A stretch of DNA of 38,982 nucleotides from Candidatus Poriferisocius anaerobius (GTDB taxonomy: Bacteria; Actinomycetota; Acidimicrobiia; Acidimicrobiales; Bin134): positions 1 to 38,982 of the forward strand of contig JAPYOG010000126.1 in NCBI GenBank assembly GCA_028278785.1, in the 5' to 3' direction. Position numbers and translations under genes: made by a program. Position 1 is the stretch's first letter. Each line of letters opens with the position of its first letter. This document shows positions 30,566 through 38,982 of this stretch, piece after piece. Below the pieces are notes generated by a model that saw only the letters and a list, made by a program, of their open reading frames with translations, was not told where the DNA came from and did not search any database.

Positions 30566-30582
30566 AGGATCTGGAAACCGAT

Positions 30583-30945
30583 ATGAGCAGCGTCAAACAC
30601 AAGCACGAGAGCCGGATCCGGCGCCATCGCCGGGTACGCAAGAAGATCCGGGGCACGCCCGAGCGCCCCAGATTGTCCGTGTACCGCTCCAACCGCCACA
30701 TGATCGCCCAGGTCATCGACGACACCGCGGGCCGCACCATTGCCTCGGCGTCCACCAACGAGCCTGAGTTGCGCTCGGGCCCCACGGGGAACACGGCGGG
30801 CGCCTCCGCAGTGGGCAAGCTGATTGCCGAGCGGGCCAAGGACAAGGACATCACCTCGGTGGTTTTCGACAGAGGCGGTTTTCGCTATCACGGGCGAGTG
30901 GCTGCGCTGGCGGACTCAGCCAGGCAAGCTGGACTGGAGTTCTGA
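30583..30945 (+). CDS. rplR: 50S ribosomal protein L18
   Basis: 120 aa: [62 protein letters not shown]. Confidence 0.96.
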   Translation: MSSVKHKHESRIRRHRRVRKKIRGTPERPRLSVYRSNRHMIAQVIDDTAGRTIASASTNEPELRSGPTGNTAGASAVGKLIAERAKDKDITSVVFDRGGFRYHGRVAALADSARQAGLEF

Positions 30946-31523
30946 TGGAAGAGACTGCAACCCCCACTGGCGACGCCCAGCTGCGCGACTCTCGGGTTAT
31001 CAACATCAACCGGGTGGCCAAGGTGGTCAAGGGCGGACGGCGTTTCTCCTTCACCGCGCTCGTGGTCATCGGCGACGGCGCCGGCCGGGTCGGGTTGGGC
31101 TACGGCAAGGCCAAAGAGGTGCCCCTGGCCATCCAGAAGGGCACCGAAGAGGCTCGGCGCAACCTGTTCCGGGTGCCGCTGGCCTCCTCGACTATCACCC
31201 ATCCGGTAATCGGTGAAACCGGCGCCGGGCGAGTGCTGCTCAAACCCGCCGCACCCGGAACCGGGGTGATCGCCGGCGGCGCTGCCCGGGCCATCCTCGA
31301 GGAAGCCGGAATCGGAGATGTGCTGTGCAAGTCTCTGGGCTCGGCCAACCACATCAACGTGGCGCGGGCAACCATCGCCGGGCTCAAGGCGCTCAAGCGC
31401 CCCGACGAGGTAGCCCGCCACCGCGGGATTCCCGCCGACGAGTTTGTTCCGGCCGGCATGCTGGGCGCCTATCGGGAATCTGAGCGGATGTCTGCGGCAG
31501 CCTCGGCGGATGGCGAGGAATGA
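30945..31523 (+). CDS. rpsE: 30S ribosomal protein S5
   Basis: [49 protein letters not shown].., 192 aa. TGATG overlap with rplR. Confidence 0.97.
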   Translation: MEETATPTGDAQLRDSRVININRVAKVVKGGRRFSFTALVVIGDGAGRVGLGYGKAKEVPLAIQKGTEEARRNLFRVPLASSTITHPVIGETGAGRVLLKPAAPGTGVIAGGAARAILEEAGIGDVLCKSLGSANHINVARATIAGLKALKRPDEVARHRGIPADEFVPAGMLGAYRESERMSAAASADGEE

Positions 31524-31714
31524 CCGCCATGGCTATCAAGGTGACTCAGACTCGATCTCAGATCGGGGCGCGGCCCAAGCAGCGGGGCACGCTTAGGGCA
31601 TTGGGCCTCCGGGGCATCGGCCAGACCAACACCCTGCCGGACGCGCCGGAAATCAGGGGGATGATAGACAAGGTGGCCCACCTGATCTCCTGGGAGGAGA
31701 CCGACGAATCATGA
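31520..31714 (+). CDS. rpmD: 50S ribosomal protein L30
   Basis: [35 protein letters not shown] 31520 overlaps the rpsE stop; ATG 31529 is the alternative. Confidence 0.93.
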   Translation: MTAMAIKVTQTRSQIGARPKQRGTLRALGLRGIGQTNTLPDAPEIRGMIDKVAHLISWEETDES

Positions 31715-32196
31715 AGGTCCACGATCTGAAACCAGCTCCCGGCGCCCGCAAGCGCCCGCAGCGCAAGGCTCGGGGCATCGCGGGCAAAGGCGGCAAGACC
31801 GCAGGCCGCGGCATGAAGGGCCAACGGGCTCGGAGCAAGATTCCCGTCGGCTTCGAGGGCGGCCAGATGCCTCTGGCCCGACGGGTGCCCAAGCTACGGG
31901 GATTCAAGAACCCGTTCCGGGTGGAGTATCAGGCCGTCAACCTCGACGTCATAGAGGCAACCGGGTTGGACGTGGTCACTCCAGAGGCGCTGCACCAACA
32001 AGGCTTGCTGCACAAGGGGGCCTTGGCCAAGGTGCTGGGCCGGGGCGAGCTGACCCGAGCGGTCACCGTCAAAGCCCACGGTTTCTCCGAGTCGGCAAAA
32101 GCGGCCATCATCGCCGCAGGCGGCAGCATAGAGGTGTTGCCCAAACCCTTCACCGGTCGCCCACCGGCCAAGGGCAACGCCCTCACCAATCGATAA
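31711..32196 (+). CDS. rplO: 50S ribosomal protein L15
   Basis: [42 protein letters not shown].., 161 aa. ATGA overlap with rpmD. Confidence 0.96.
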   Translation: MKVHDLKPAPGARKRPQRKARGIAGKGGKTAGRGMKGQRARSKIPVGFEGGQMPLARRVPKLRGFKNPFRVEYQAVNLDVIEATGLDVVTPEALHQQGLLHKGALAKVLGRGELTRAVTVKAHGFSESAKAAIIAAGGSIEVLPKPFTGRPPAKGNALTNR

Positions 32197-32225
32197 GCCA
32201 ACCGATAAGCAGAAAGCAGAGCCCG

Positions 32226-32239
32226 GCTGCGCGCGCAGC
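32226..32239. other. 14-nt perfect GC palindrome (GCTGCGCGCGCAGC) between convergent rplO and secY; a possible weak bidirectional terminator
   Basis: The sequence is self-complementary and flanked by CCGG..CCGG (32223-32226 and 32247-32250). There is no U-tract, so a terminator function is speculative. Confidence 0.25.
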
Positions 32240-32251
32240 ACGCAGAACCGG

Positions 32252-33601
32252 TTATCGCAGGAAGCCCTCGTAGTTTCTCATCATCAGCTGGCTGTCGATC
32301 TGCTTCATGGTCTCGAGGGCCACACCCACCGCGATCAGCACGGAGATGCCGCTGAAGCTGTACGCGGCGGCGCTTTGGCTGTCGATGTACTGGGAGAGGG
32401 AGATGGCGGGGATAACAGCCACCGCGGCGATGAACAGCGCTCCCGGCAGCGTGATGCGCGACAGGATGCGGCCGAGGTACCGCTCCGTTTGGCGGCCGGG
32501 CCGGATGCCGGGGATGAACCCCCCTTGTTTGCGAATCTGGTCGGCCTGCTTGACCGGATCGAAGGTGATGGCGGTGTAGAAGTAGGCGAATCCCACGATC
32601 ATCAGGGCGAAAACGATCAGGTACACCGTGTCGGCCGGGTCGCCCAAGTGGGTGTTCACCCAGTTCTGAACGCTCTCCCCCCAGGTATTGTGGTCAGGGT
32701 TGGAATCAGACGGCAGCACTGCGGACAACAGGATCGGCAGGTACAGCACCGAACTGGCGAAGATGATGGGGATCACGCCTGACTGGTTCACCTTCAGCGG
32801 GATGTAGGTGCTCTGCCCGCCGGCCATGCGCCTGCCCACCACCCGCTTGGCGAATTGCACGGGAATCTGCCGCTGCCCATTCTCCACGAACACGATGGCG
32901 ACCAGCAGCGACAAGTACATGACCGCGATGATGAACACCGCACCCCAGCCTTCCGACGCCTTCACCAGGGAGAACTGGTTGGGGATGGTGGAGACCACCG
33001 AGGCGAAGATGATCAGCGACATGCCGTTGCCGATCCCCTTCTGGGTGATGAGCTCGCCCATCCACATCAACAAGGCGGTGCCCGCGGTAAGGGTGAGCAC
33101 CACCAGGAACACCCGCGGGGCGGTGAAGTTGGGCAGCAGATCAGGAGGCTGGTTGGCGTTGCCGCCGGTGAGGTTGAACCCGCCTCCGCCATTGTGGAAC
33201 AAGAAGGTGAACGAGGTTGCCTGGATGATGGCGATGGCGATGGTCAGGTACCGGGTCCACTGGGTGATCTTCCGCTGGCCGACCGCGCCCTGGTTCTGCC
33301 ACTGCTCGATGCGGGGGATCACCACGCCCAGCACTTGCATGATGATGGATGCTGTGATGTAGGGGAAGATGCCCAGGGCGAAGATGGCAAATTGCGACAA
33401 GGCGCCCCCGGAAAAGAAATTCAACAGCCCGGTGACCCCGCCGGTATCGGCATTTTGGCGCAACAGTTCCACTGCATCAAGGTCAATGCCCGGCGATGGG
33501 ATGGCAACGCCGAGGCGGAAGATCACCAGCATCGACAAGGTGAACAGGATTTTGTTCCGCAGATCAGCCACCCGGAACATGTTGAGCACTCTGGTCAGCA
33601 C
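32252..33601 (-). CDS. secY: preprotein translocase subunit SecY, encoded on the strand opposite the surrounding spc operon genes
   Basis: 449 aa with unmistakable SecY blocks (LRNKILFTLSMLVIFRLGVAIPSPGID, FALGIFPYITASIIMQVL, IPGIRPGRQT). GTG start at 33601-33599, 6 nt after AGGAG (complement of 33608-33612). TAA stop at 32254-32252. Confidence 0.96.
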   Translation of the reverse strand: MLTRVLNMFRVADLRNKILFTLSMLVIFRLGVAIPSPGIDLDAVELLRQNADTGGVTGLLNFFSGGALSQFAIFALGIFPYITASIIMQVLGVVIPRIEQWQNQGAVGQRKITQWTRYLTIAIAIIQATSFTFLFHNGGGGFNLTGGNANQPPDLLPNFTAPRVFLVVLTLTAGTALLMWMGELITQKGIGNGMSLIIFASVVSTIPNQFSLVKASEGWGAVFIIAVMYLSLLVAIVFVENGQRQIPVQFAKRVVGRRMAGGQSTYIPLKVNQSGVIPIIFASSVLYLPILLSAVLPSDSNPDHNTWGESVQNWVNTHLGDPADTVYLIVFALMIVGFAYFYTAITFDPVKQADQIRKQGGFIPGIRPGRQTERYLGRILSRITLPGALFIAAVAVIPAISLSQYIDSQSAAAYSFSGISVLIAVGVALETMKQIDSQLMMRNYEGFLR

Positions 33602-33725
33602 ACGCGACTCCTAGTAGGGACCAGAGCAAGGATATCCAACGCGCGGATCAGATTCGCTATCCGAGCAGGAGAGCTGACAGGGGAGATGAGTTGTCTGGCG
33701 AAGCTGCATCGGCCACACTCCACAG

Positions 33726-34289
33726 GTGGAGCGCGGGCCGATACTGGTCATTCTGGGCCGCCAAGGATCTGGCAAGGGCACCCAGGCCGCGCTGATCGCG
33801 AGGCGCTACGGGGTTGTCCACATCTCTACCGGCGACATGCTGCGAGCCGCAGTGGCCGCAGGCACCGAGCTGGGGCAGCGGGCCAAGGCGGTGATGGACG
33901 CCGGCGACCTCGTGGGCGACGACATAATGATCGGAATCGTGGGTGAGCGCCTAGCGGGCGACGATATCCGCGTCGGCGGGGTGCTGTTGGACGGCTTTCC
34001 CCGCACCACAGCCCAAGCCGACGCCCTGGCTGAGATCCTGGAGGGGGAAGGCCCCGACTTGGCGGTAAACCTGGACGTGCCGCAAGGCGAGGTCACCCAG
34101 AGGATGCTGGACCGAGGCCGAGCCGACGACACAGAAGAGGCCATTGCTCGCCGACTGGAGCTCTACGAGGCTGAGACCGCACCCCTTCTAGCCTGGTTCG
34201 AGGAGCGGGGCTGTTTGCGCGTGGTGGATGGAATGGGAAGCGAAGAGGAGGTATTCAACCGGCTTGCCCAGGCCATCAGCAGCCTGTGA
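33726..34289 (+). CDS. adk: adenylate kinase (short-LID form)
   Basis: 187 aa with P-loop [19 protein letters not shown] and LLDGFPRT. The short LID has no Cys4 zinc knuckle. GTG start with no obvious SD. Confidence 0.93.
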   Translation: MERGPILVILGRQGSGKGTQAALIARRYGVVHISTGDMLRAAVAAGTELGQRAKAVMDAGDLVGDDIMIGIVGERLAGDDIRVGGVLLDGFPRTTAQADALAEILEGEGPDLAVNLDVPQGEVTQRMLDRGRADDTEEAIARRLELYEAETAPLLAWFEERGCLRVVDGMGSEEEVFNRLAQAISSL

Positions 34290-34291
34290 GG

Positions 34292-34312
34292 GCTACCGGA
34301 TTCGCCGGTAGC
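34292..34312 (+). terminator. stem-loop immediately after the adk stop (8-bp stem GCTACCGG/CCGGTAGC, 5-nt loop)
   Basis: A perfect 8-bp stem starts 3 nt after the TGA. It is followed at a distance by a weak T-rich stretch (GGTTTGTTCT). A terminator role is inferred. Confidence 0.35.
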
Positions 34313-34328
34313 GAACCCGCCCGCCGGT

Positions 34329-34357
34329 TTGTTCTCGCCGCAGACGCCGGATACGAT
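34329..34357 (+). promoter_or_regulatory. candidate promoter for infA-rpmJ-rpsM... (TTGTTC-17 nt-TACGAT)
   Basis: -35 at 34329-34334, a 17-nt spacer and -10 TACGAT at 34352-34357 in the 152-nt adk-infA spacer. Pattern match only. Confidence 0.3.
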
Positions 34358-34441
34358 GTTGAACTTATCCGGCTCATCCGTTGGGCCACTGTTCGCGCGG
34401 TTCGCCGCAGCAGCTTGCCAAGACGTCAGGAGAGGTCGCCC

Positions 34442-34666
34442 TTGGCCAAGAACAAGGAAGACGCCATTATCATGGAGGGGACGGTCACCGAGTCTCTTCC
34501 CAATGCCATGTTCCGAGTCGAGCTCGAGAACGGGCACAAGGTGCTGACCCACATCTCGGGAAAGATGCGGATGCACTACATCAGAATCCTCCCCGGCGAC
34601 CGTGTCCAAGTGGAATTGACTCCATACGACTTGCAGCGGGGGCGGATCACCTACCGATACAAATAG
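34442..34666 (+). CDS. infA: translation initiation factor IF-1
   Basis: (M)[76 protein letters not shown] start at 34442, 6 nt after AGGAGAGG. The frame is open from 34286, but the upstream part is non-homologous. Confidence 0.93.
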   Translation: MAKNKEDAIIMEGTVTESLPNAMFRVELENGHKVLTHISGKMRMHYIRILPGDRVQVELTPYDLQRGRITYRYK

Positions 34667-34750
34667 CCAGAGAGCACAACGGATCAACGAAAGGCACTCC
34701 GTGAACATCAGCCCCAGCGCAAAAGACCCGCTCCCCCGGCGAGGCATGCC

Positions 34751-34864
34751 GTGAAGGTCCGCCCCAGCGTCAAGACAATCTGCGACAAGTGCAAGGTGAT
34801 ACGCCGCCACGGGCGCGTTCGGGTGATCTGCTCCAACCCCCGCCACAAGCAGAGGCAGGGCTGA
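34751..34864 (+). CDS. rpmJ: 50S ribosomal protein L36
   Basis: This is not in the ORF track (37 aa). The hand translation from GTG 34751 is (M)[36 protein letters not shown] with stop TGA 34862-34864. GAGG lies 6 nt upstream. Confidence 0.93.
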   Translation: MKVRPSVKTICDKCKVIRRHGRVRVICSNPRHKQRQG

Positions 34865-34867
34865 GCC

Positions 34868-35248
34868 GTGGCCCGCATCGCCGGCATCGACGTCCCCCGG
34901 GAGAAGCGCACCGTGGTCTCTTTGACCTACATCTACGGCATCGGGACGACCTTGGCCCGCCAGATATGCACCGACACCGGGGTTGATGAGAGCGCCCGGC
35001 TCCGCGACCTCACCGACGAAGAGGTGGCCCGTCTGCGCAACTACATAGAGGGCAACTTGCGAGTAGAGGGCGACCTGCGCCGTGAGACCAGCCAAGACAT
35101 CAAGCGCAAGATGGAGATCGGCTGCTACCAGGGGCTGCGCCATCGCCGTGGGCTCCCGGTACACGGCCAGCGCACCCACACCAACGCTCGGACCCGGAAA
35201 GGGCCGAAGAAGACCGTTGCCGGAAAGAAGAAGGTGATGAAGAAGTGA
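34868..35248 (+). CDS. rpsM: 30S ribosomal protein S13
   Basis: [26 protein letters not shown].., 126 aa, GTG start. Confidence 0.97.
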   Translation: MARIAGIDVPREKRTVVSLTYIYGIGTTLARQICTDTGVDESARLRDLTDEEVARLRNYIEGNLRVEGDLRRETSQDIKRKMEIGCYQGLRHRRGLPVHGQRTHTNARTRKGPKKTVAGKKKVMKK

Positions 35249-35270
35249 GATCAGAAAGGACTAGCCGCTA

Positions 35271-35669
35271 ATGGCCAAGCCGTCAGCCGGAGGGCGCAGG
35301 CCCCGCCGCCGGGAGCGCAAGAACATCCCCTATGGCGTGGCCCACATCAAGAGCTCCTTCAACAACACCATCGTGACCATCGCCGATCAGCGGGGAAACG
35401 TCATCTCGTGGGCCTCAGCCGGCAACGTCGGCTTCAAGGGGTCCCGAAAGTCCACCCCTTTCGCCGCCCAGATGGCGGCCGAGCAGGCCGGTCGCAAGGC
35501 CATGGAGCACGGCATCCGCAAGGTGGACGTGCATGTCCGCGGGCCGGGCTCGGGCCGCGAGACCGCAATCCGCTCGCTCCAGGGGGTGGGCATCGAGATC
35601 ACCGGTATCAAAGACGTCACCCCCAATCCCCACAACGGCTGCCGGCCGGCCAAGCGGCGGAGGGTCTGA
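35271..35669 (+). CDS. rpsK: 30S ribosomal protein S11
   Basis: [46 protein letters not shown].., 132 aa. Confidence 0.97.
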   Translation: MAKPSAGGRRPRRRERKNIPYGVAHIKSSFNNTIVTIADQRGNVISWASAGNVGFKGSRKSTPFAAQMAAEQAGRKAMEHGIRKVDVHVRGPGSGRETAIRSLQGVGIEITGIKDVTPNPHNGCRPAKRRRV

Positions 35670-35671
35670 GC

Positions 35672-36289
35672 ATGTCCCGCTACACCGGCCCGCGATCCCG
35701 GGTGTCCCGGCGCCTCGGCGTGAACGTCTGGGGAACCAAAGGAGAGACCGTTGCCCTTGAGCGGCGACCCTACCCGCCGGGCGAGCACGGCCGGTCCCGG
35801 CGCCGCGGCAACGTCTCGGAATACCTGCTCCAGCTTCAAGAGAAGCAGAAGGCCCGCTACACCTATGGGCTCAACGAGCGCCAGTTCCGCAACGTCTTCA
35901 AGGAGGCTGCCCGCCAAAAGGGGGTCACCGGCGAGAACATGCTGCGGTTCTTGGAGCTCCGCCTCGACAATGTGGTGTACCGCCTCGGCTGGGGCGCTAC
36001 CCGCCCCCAAGCCCGCCAGCTCGTCTCCCACGGCCACATCGACGTGAACGGGCGCCGGGTGAACATTCCCAGCTACCGACTTCGCAAAGACGACGTGCTG
36101 TCGCTGCGGGACAAAGCTCGGCAGATGGTTGTGGTGGGGTGGAACCTCGACGTGCTGGATCGAACCCCGCCGGCCTGGTTGAACCGGGCCGATGACGGCT
36201 TCGAGGCCAGCGTCCGAGACGCGCCCCTGCGCGAGCAGATCGATGTGCCGGTGAGAGAGCAGCTCATCGTCGAGCTGTACAGCAAGTAG
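35672..36289 (+). CDS. rpsD: 30S ribosomal protein S4
   Basis: MSRYTGPRSRVSRRLGVNVWG.. at ATG 35672 (frame open from 35408). The S4 domain is RLDNVVYRLGWGATRPQARQLVSHGHIDVNGRRVNIPSY. 205 aa. Confidence 0.96.
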   Translation: MSRYTGPRSRVSRRLGVNVWGTKGETVALERRPYPPGEHGRSRRRGNVSEYLLQLQEKQKARYTYGLNERQFRNVFKEAARQKGVTGENMLRFLELRLDNVVYRLGWGATRPQARQLVSHGHIDVNGRRVNIPSYRLRKDDVLSLRDKARQMVVVGWNLDVLDRTPPAWLNRADDGFEASVRDAPLREQIDVPVREQLIVELYSK

Positions 36290-36400
36290 GCCCCAGCCGA
36301 TCGACTTCGCCAGGCCGACTTGAAGATGATCGCTCAAAAGGTCAACCCAACCAACTTCCAACTCGACAACAACCACTCAAAGAACTGAGGGAGCAGAACC

Positions 36401-37342
36401 ATGCTGGTCATGCAAAGACCCACCGTGGAATCCGTTACCGAGCCCGAGAACAACCGTCAGAAGTTCGCAATCGGCCCGCTGGAGCCTGGATTCGGGCACA
36501 CGCTCGGGAACTCGCTGCGCCGAGCCCTGCTGTCGTCCATTCCCGGCGCCGCCGTCATCAGAGCGCGCTTCGACGATGCCCTCCACGAGTTCGACACCAT
36601 CTCGGGCGTGGCCGAGGACGTGACCGACATCATCTTGAACTTGAAGGATCTCGTGCTGCAATGCCACAGCGAGGATCCTGTGGAGTTCCGCATCGACCAG
36701 CGCGGCCCCGGCGAGGTGACCGGGCAGAGCATGGCCGCAAACCCCGATGTGGAAGTGCTCAACCCCGAGTTGGTCATCGCCCGGCTGAATGACAAGGCCA
36801 GGCTGGCCATGGACATCACTGTCTCCCAAGGCCGGGGCTATGTCGCCGCCGAGGTGAACAAGGTTGACGCAACCATAGGCGTGATCCCCATCGACTCCAT
36901 CTTCTCCCCCGTGCGTCGCGTGGCTTACAACGTGGAGCCCACTCGGGTAGAGCAGTCCACCGAATTCGACCGCCTTGTGCTGGACATCGAGACCGATGGC
37001 TCGATCTCGCCAAGAGAGGCGCTGGCCTCAGCCGGGGCAACACTGCGATCGCTTGTGCAGCTTGTGGAGGAGATGAGCGACGAGCCTCAGGGACTCAGCA
37101 TGGCGGAAGCGGGAAGCGCCCCAGCCGGTGCTCCCGATTTGGATCTCCCCATCGAAGATCTGGAGCTGTCGGAGCGGCCCCGCAACTGCCTGAAGCGGGC
37201 CCAGATCAACATGATCGGCGAGTTGCTGACCCGCACCGAGGACGACCTGCTGGCCATCACCAACTTCGGCCAGAAGTCTCTGGACGAGGTGAACGAGAAG
37301 CTGGACGAGCGAGGCCTCGCCCTCGCCGGGCCCCGCTCCTAG
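36401..37342 (+). CDS. rpoA: DNA-directed RNA polymerase subunit alpha
   Basis: 313 aa with [28 protein letters not shown] and a C-terminal domain ([23 protein letters not shown]). GAGGGAG RBS. Confidence 0.97.
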   Translation: MLVMQRPTVESVTEPENNRQKFAIGPLEPGFGHTLGNSLRRALLSSIPGAAVIRARFDDALHEFDTISGVAEDVTDIILNLKDLVLQCHSEDPVEFRIDQRGPGEVTGQSMAANPDVEVLNPELVIARLNDKARLAMDITVSQGRGYVAAEVNKVDATIGVIPIDSIFSPVRRVAYNVEPTRVEQSTEFDRLVLDIETDGSISPREALASAGATLRSLVQLVEEMSDEPQGLSMAEAGSAPAGAPDLDLPIEDLELSERPRNCLKRAQINMIGELLTRTEDDLLAITNFGQKSLDEVNEKLDERGLALAGPRS

Positions 37343-37355
37343 ACAGGCGGAGCTC

Positions 37356-37709
37356 ATGCCCGGACAACCTCGAAAAGGCCGCCGCTTCGGCGGAAGCTCT
37401 CAACACCAGAAGCTCATGATGGCCAACTTGGTGGCCTCGCTGATAGCCGCCGAAGCCATCACCACAACCGAGGCCAAGGCTAAAGCCCTGCGCCCGGTCA
37501 CAGAAAAGCTCATCACCAAGGCCAAAAAAGGCGGCCTGCACAACCACCGCCAGATCATGGCGCAGCTGGGCGATCCTGAGATCGCCGACAAGCTCATGGT
37601 GGACATCGGCCCCCGCTACGCCAATCGCCCCGGCGGTTATACGCGAATCTTGAAGCTGGGCCCGCGCTACGGCGACAACGCCCCCATGGCCCGCATCGAG
37701 CTGGTATAG
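37356..37709 (+). CDS. rplQ: 50S ribosomal protein L17
   Basis: 117 aa with [23 protein letters not shown] and [27 protein letters not shown]. Confidence 0.96.
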   Translation: MPGQPRKGRRFGGSSQHQKLMMANLVASLIAAEAITTTEAKAKALRPVTEKLITKAKKGGLHNHRQIMAQLGDPEIADKLMVDIGPRYANRPGGYTRILKLGPRYGDNAPMARIELV

Positions 37710-37744
37710 GCCAACACCTGGCCCCGCTCTGCGAAGCCACGGCC

Positions 37745-38494
37745 GTGCGAGTTCGAGCCACCGTGGCCTACGACGGAAAGCCCTTTCACGGGTTTGCCGT
37801 CAACCAGGGAGTTCGCACGGTTGGCGGCGAACTGGCACAGGCCCTCGTCCGGTGCCTGCGCCAGCCGGTGGAGGTGACCTGCGCCGGTCGCACCGACACC
37901 GGGGTGCATGCGTGGGGGCAGGTGGTGAGCTTCGATGCCCCCGACGACACCGAACTCAGCCGCCTTGTCACCGCACTCAACCGCATGTTGGGCCCGGTGA
38001 TTGTCATGCGGGATGCTGCGGCCGCCCCCGAGGGGTTCAACGCACGCTTCCACGCCAGCAGCCGCACATACCGCTACACGGTATTGAACAGGCCGGTGCC
38101 CGATCCGTTCTTGGCGCCCACCTCCTGGCATTGCCCCCGTCCGCTAGACGTGGAGGCTATGAACACGGCGGCTGAGGCGATCCTGGGCGAACACAATTTC
38201 TCCTCTTTCTGCCGCCGGCAGCGCACAGCCGGCGGCGCCGAGAAGTCACGGGTTCGGATCGTTTCCCGGGCCGGCTGGGACACCGTGGAGGAAGATGTTC
38301 TGCGCTTCGAGATAGAGGCGTCGTCGTTCTGCCACCAGATGGTGCGCTCCATCACCGGTGCGCTGGTGGACATCGGCGCCGGACGCCGAAGCGCCGCTGC
38401 AATGGCTTCCATCCTGGCCGCCGAAGACCGTTCGGCCGTGCCCAACCTGGCCCCGCCCCATGGCTTGTGCCTCTGGTCGGTTTCCTACCCGTGA
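37745..38494 (+). CDS. truA: tRNA pseudouridine(38-40) synthase TruA
   Basis: 249 aa: VAYDGKPFHGFAVNQGVRTV..CAGRTDTGVHAWGQVVSFD (catalytic Asp), RTYRY and SFCHQMVRSI. Confidence 0.93.
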   Translation: MRVRATVAYDGKPFHGFAVNQGVRTVGGELAQALVRCLRQPVEVTCAGRTDTGVHAWGQVVSFDAPDDTELSRLVTALNRMLGPVIVMRDAAAAPEGFNARFHASSRTYRYTVLNRPVPDPFLAPTSWHCPRPLDVEAMNTAAEAILGEHNFSSFCRRQRTAGGAEKSRVRIVSRAGWDTVEEDVLRFEIEASSFCHQMVRSITGALVDIGAGRRSAAAMASILAAEDRSAVPNLAPPHGLCLWSVSYP

Positions 38495-38584
38495 CGTTTT
38501 CGCTCCGACACTTGTTGGCAGTTGTCACCGGTTGGAATAGGGCCGTATCATAGCTTCTCCGGGATCGCGCTTGAAGGAAAACCG

Positions 38585-38982
38585 ATGCCCACCTACAGCC
38601 CGAAAACCAAAGAAATCGAACGCGCGTGGCACGTTGTGGACGCCGACGGCTTGATTCTCGGCCGCATGGCCACCGAAGTAGCCCGAGTGCTGCGGGGCAA
38701 GCACAAGCCTCAGTTCACCCCCCATCTCGACACCGGCGACCATGTGATCATCGTCAACGCGGAAAAAGTGGTCCTCACCGGGAGCAAAACCACCGACAAG
38801 CAGGTGTACCGGCACTCTGGCTACCCTGGCGGATTGCGCGAGACCAGCTATGGGCGCCTGCTTGAAACCCAGCCCGCCGAAGCCGTGCGCCGAACGGTCA
38901 AGGGCATGCTGCCCAAGAACCGCCTAGGCCGCCAGATGCTCCGCAAGCTCAAGGTCTACGCCGGACCCGCCCATCCCCATGA
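38585..38982 (+). CDS. rplM: 50S ribosomal protein L13 (3' end truncated by the window edge)
   Basis: The hand translation from ATG 38585 (after AAGGAAAA) is [62 protein letters not shown]... There is no stop before 38982, which is why it is absent from the ORF track. Confidence 0.93.
   Translation, partial: MPTYSPKTKEIERAWHVVDADGLILGRMATEVARVLRGKHKPQFTPHLDTGDHVIIVNAEKVVLTGSKTTDKQVYRHSGYPGGLRETSYGRLLETQPAEAVRRTVKGMLPKNRLGRQMLRKLKVYAGPAHPH

Noticed and set aside
34290-34441. No methionine aminopeptidase gene (map) between adk and infA.
   Set aside because: Presence of map at this position varies among bacteria. The 152-nt spacer is too short to hide a gene, so this is an ordinary synteny variant.
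32855-36376. Long ORFs opposite secY (32855..33946+), opposite infA-rpsM (34163..35179-) and opposite rpsK-rpsD (35387..36376-).
   Set aside because: They are antisense shadows of unambiguous conserved genes, with low-complexity composition.

Overview
This is a high-GC, Actinomycetota-like chromosomal window. That assignment is inferred from gene order, the beta-prime insertion, the NusG, L22 and S3 extensions and a SerB2-type gene; no database search was possible. Almost all of it is the conserved translation/transcription super-cluster: tRNA-Trp, secE-nusG, rplK-rplA, rplJ-rplL, rpoB-rpoC, rpsL-rpsG-fusA-tuf, rpsJ, rplC to rplO (S10 and spc operons), secY, adk, infA-rpmJ-rpsM-rpsK-rpsD-rpoA-rplQ, truA and the 5' part of rplM. 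Many junctions are translationally coupled (ATGA or TGATG overlaps). I called genes by reading the supplied translations for family-defining motifs and trimmed starts to the homologous N-terminus and a Shine-Dalgarno site.

The features that are not ordinary are:
1. A 6.3-kb four-gene wedge separates rpsJ from rplC: a SerB2-like phosphoserine phosphatase, a roughly 985-1012-aa nuclease-methyltransferase fusion on the opposite strand, tpx, and an AI-2E family transporter on the opposite strand.
2. The fusion protein reads as PD-(D/E)xK nuclease, then gamma-class N6-adenine methyltransferase, then a large C-terminal module. It looks like a solo type IIG/IIL-like restriction-modification or defence enzyme and is the best candidate for an accessory system here.
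3. secY lies on the opposite strand to rplO and adk.
4. A 170-nt palindromic element with perfect 23-bp terminal inverted repeats sits upstream of tRNA-Trp.
5. There are in-frame tandem repeats in rplJ (33-nt units) and in rplV (9-nt units encoding a hyper-acidic Asp/Thr tail).

I saw no multi-gene novel system, CRISPR array, integrase or IS element. Promoter and terminator calls are pattern matches only.
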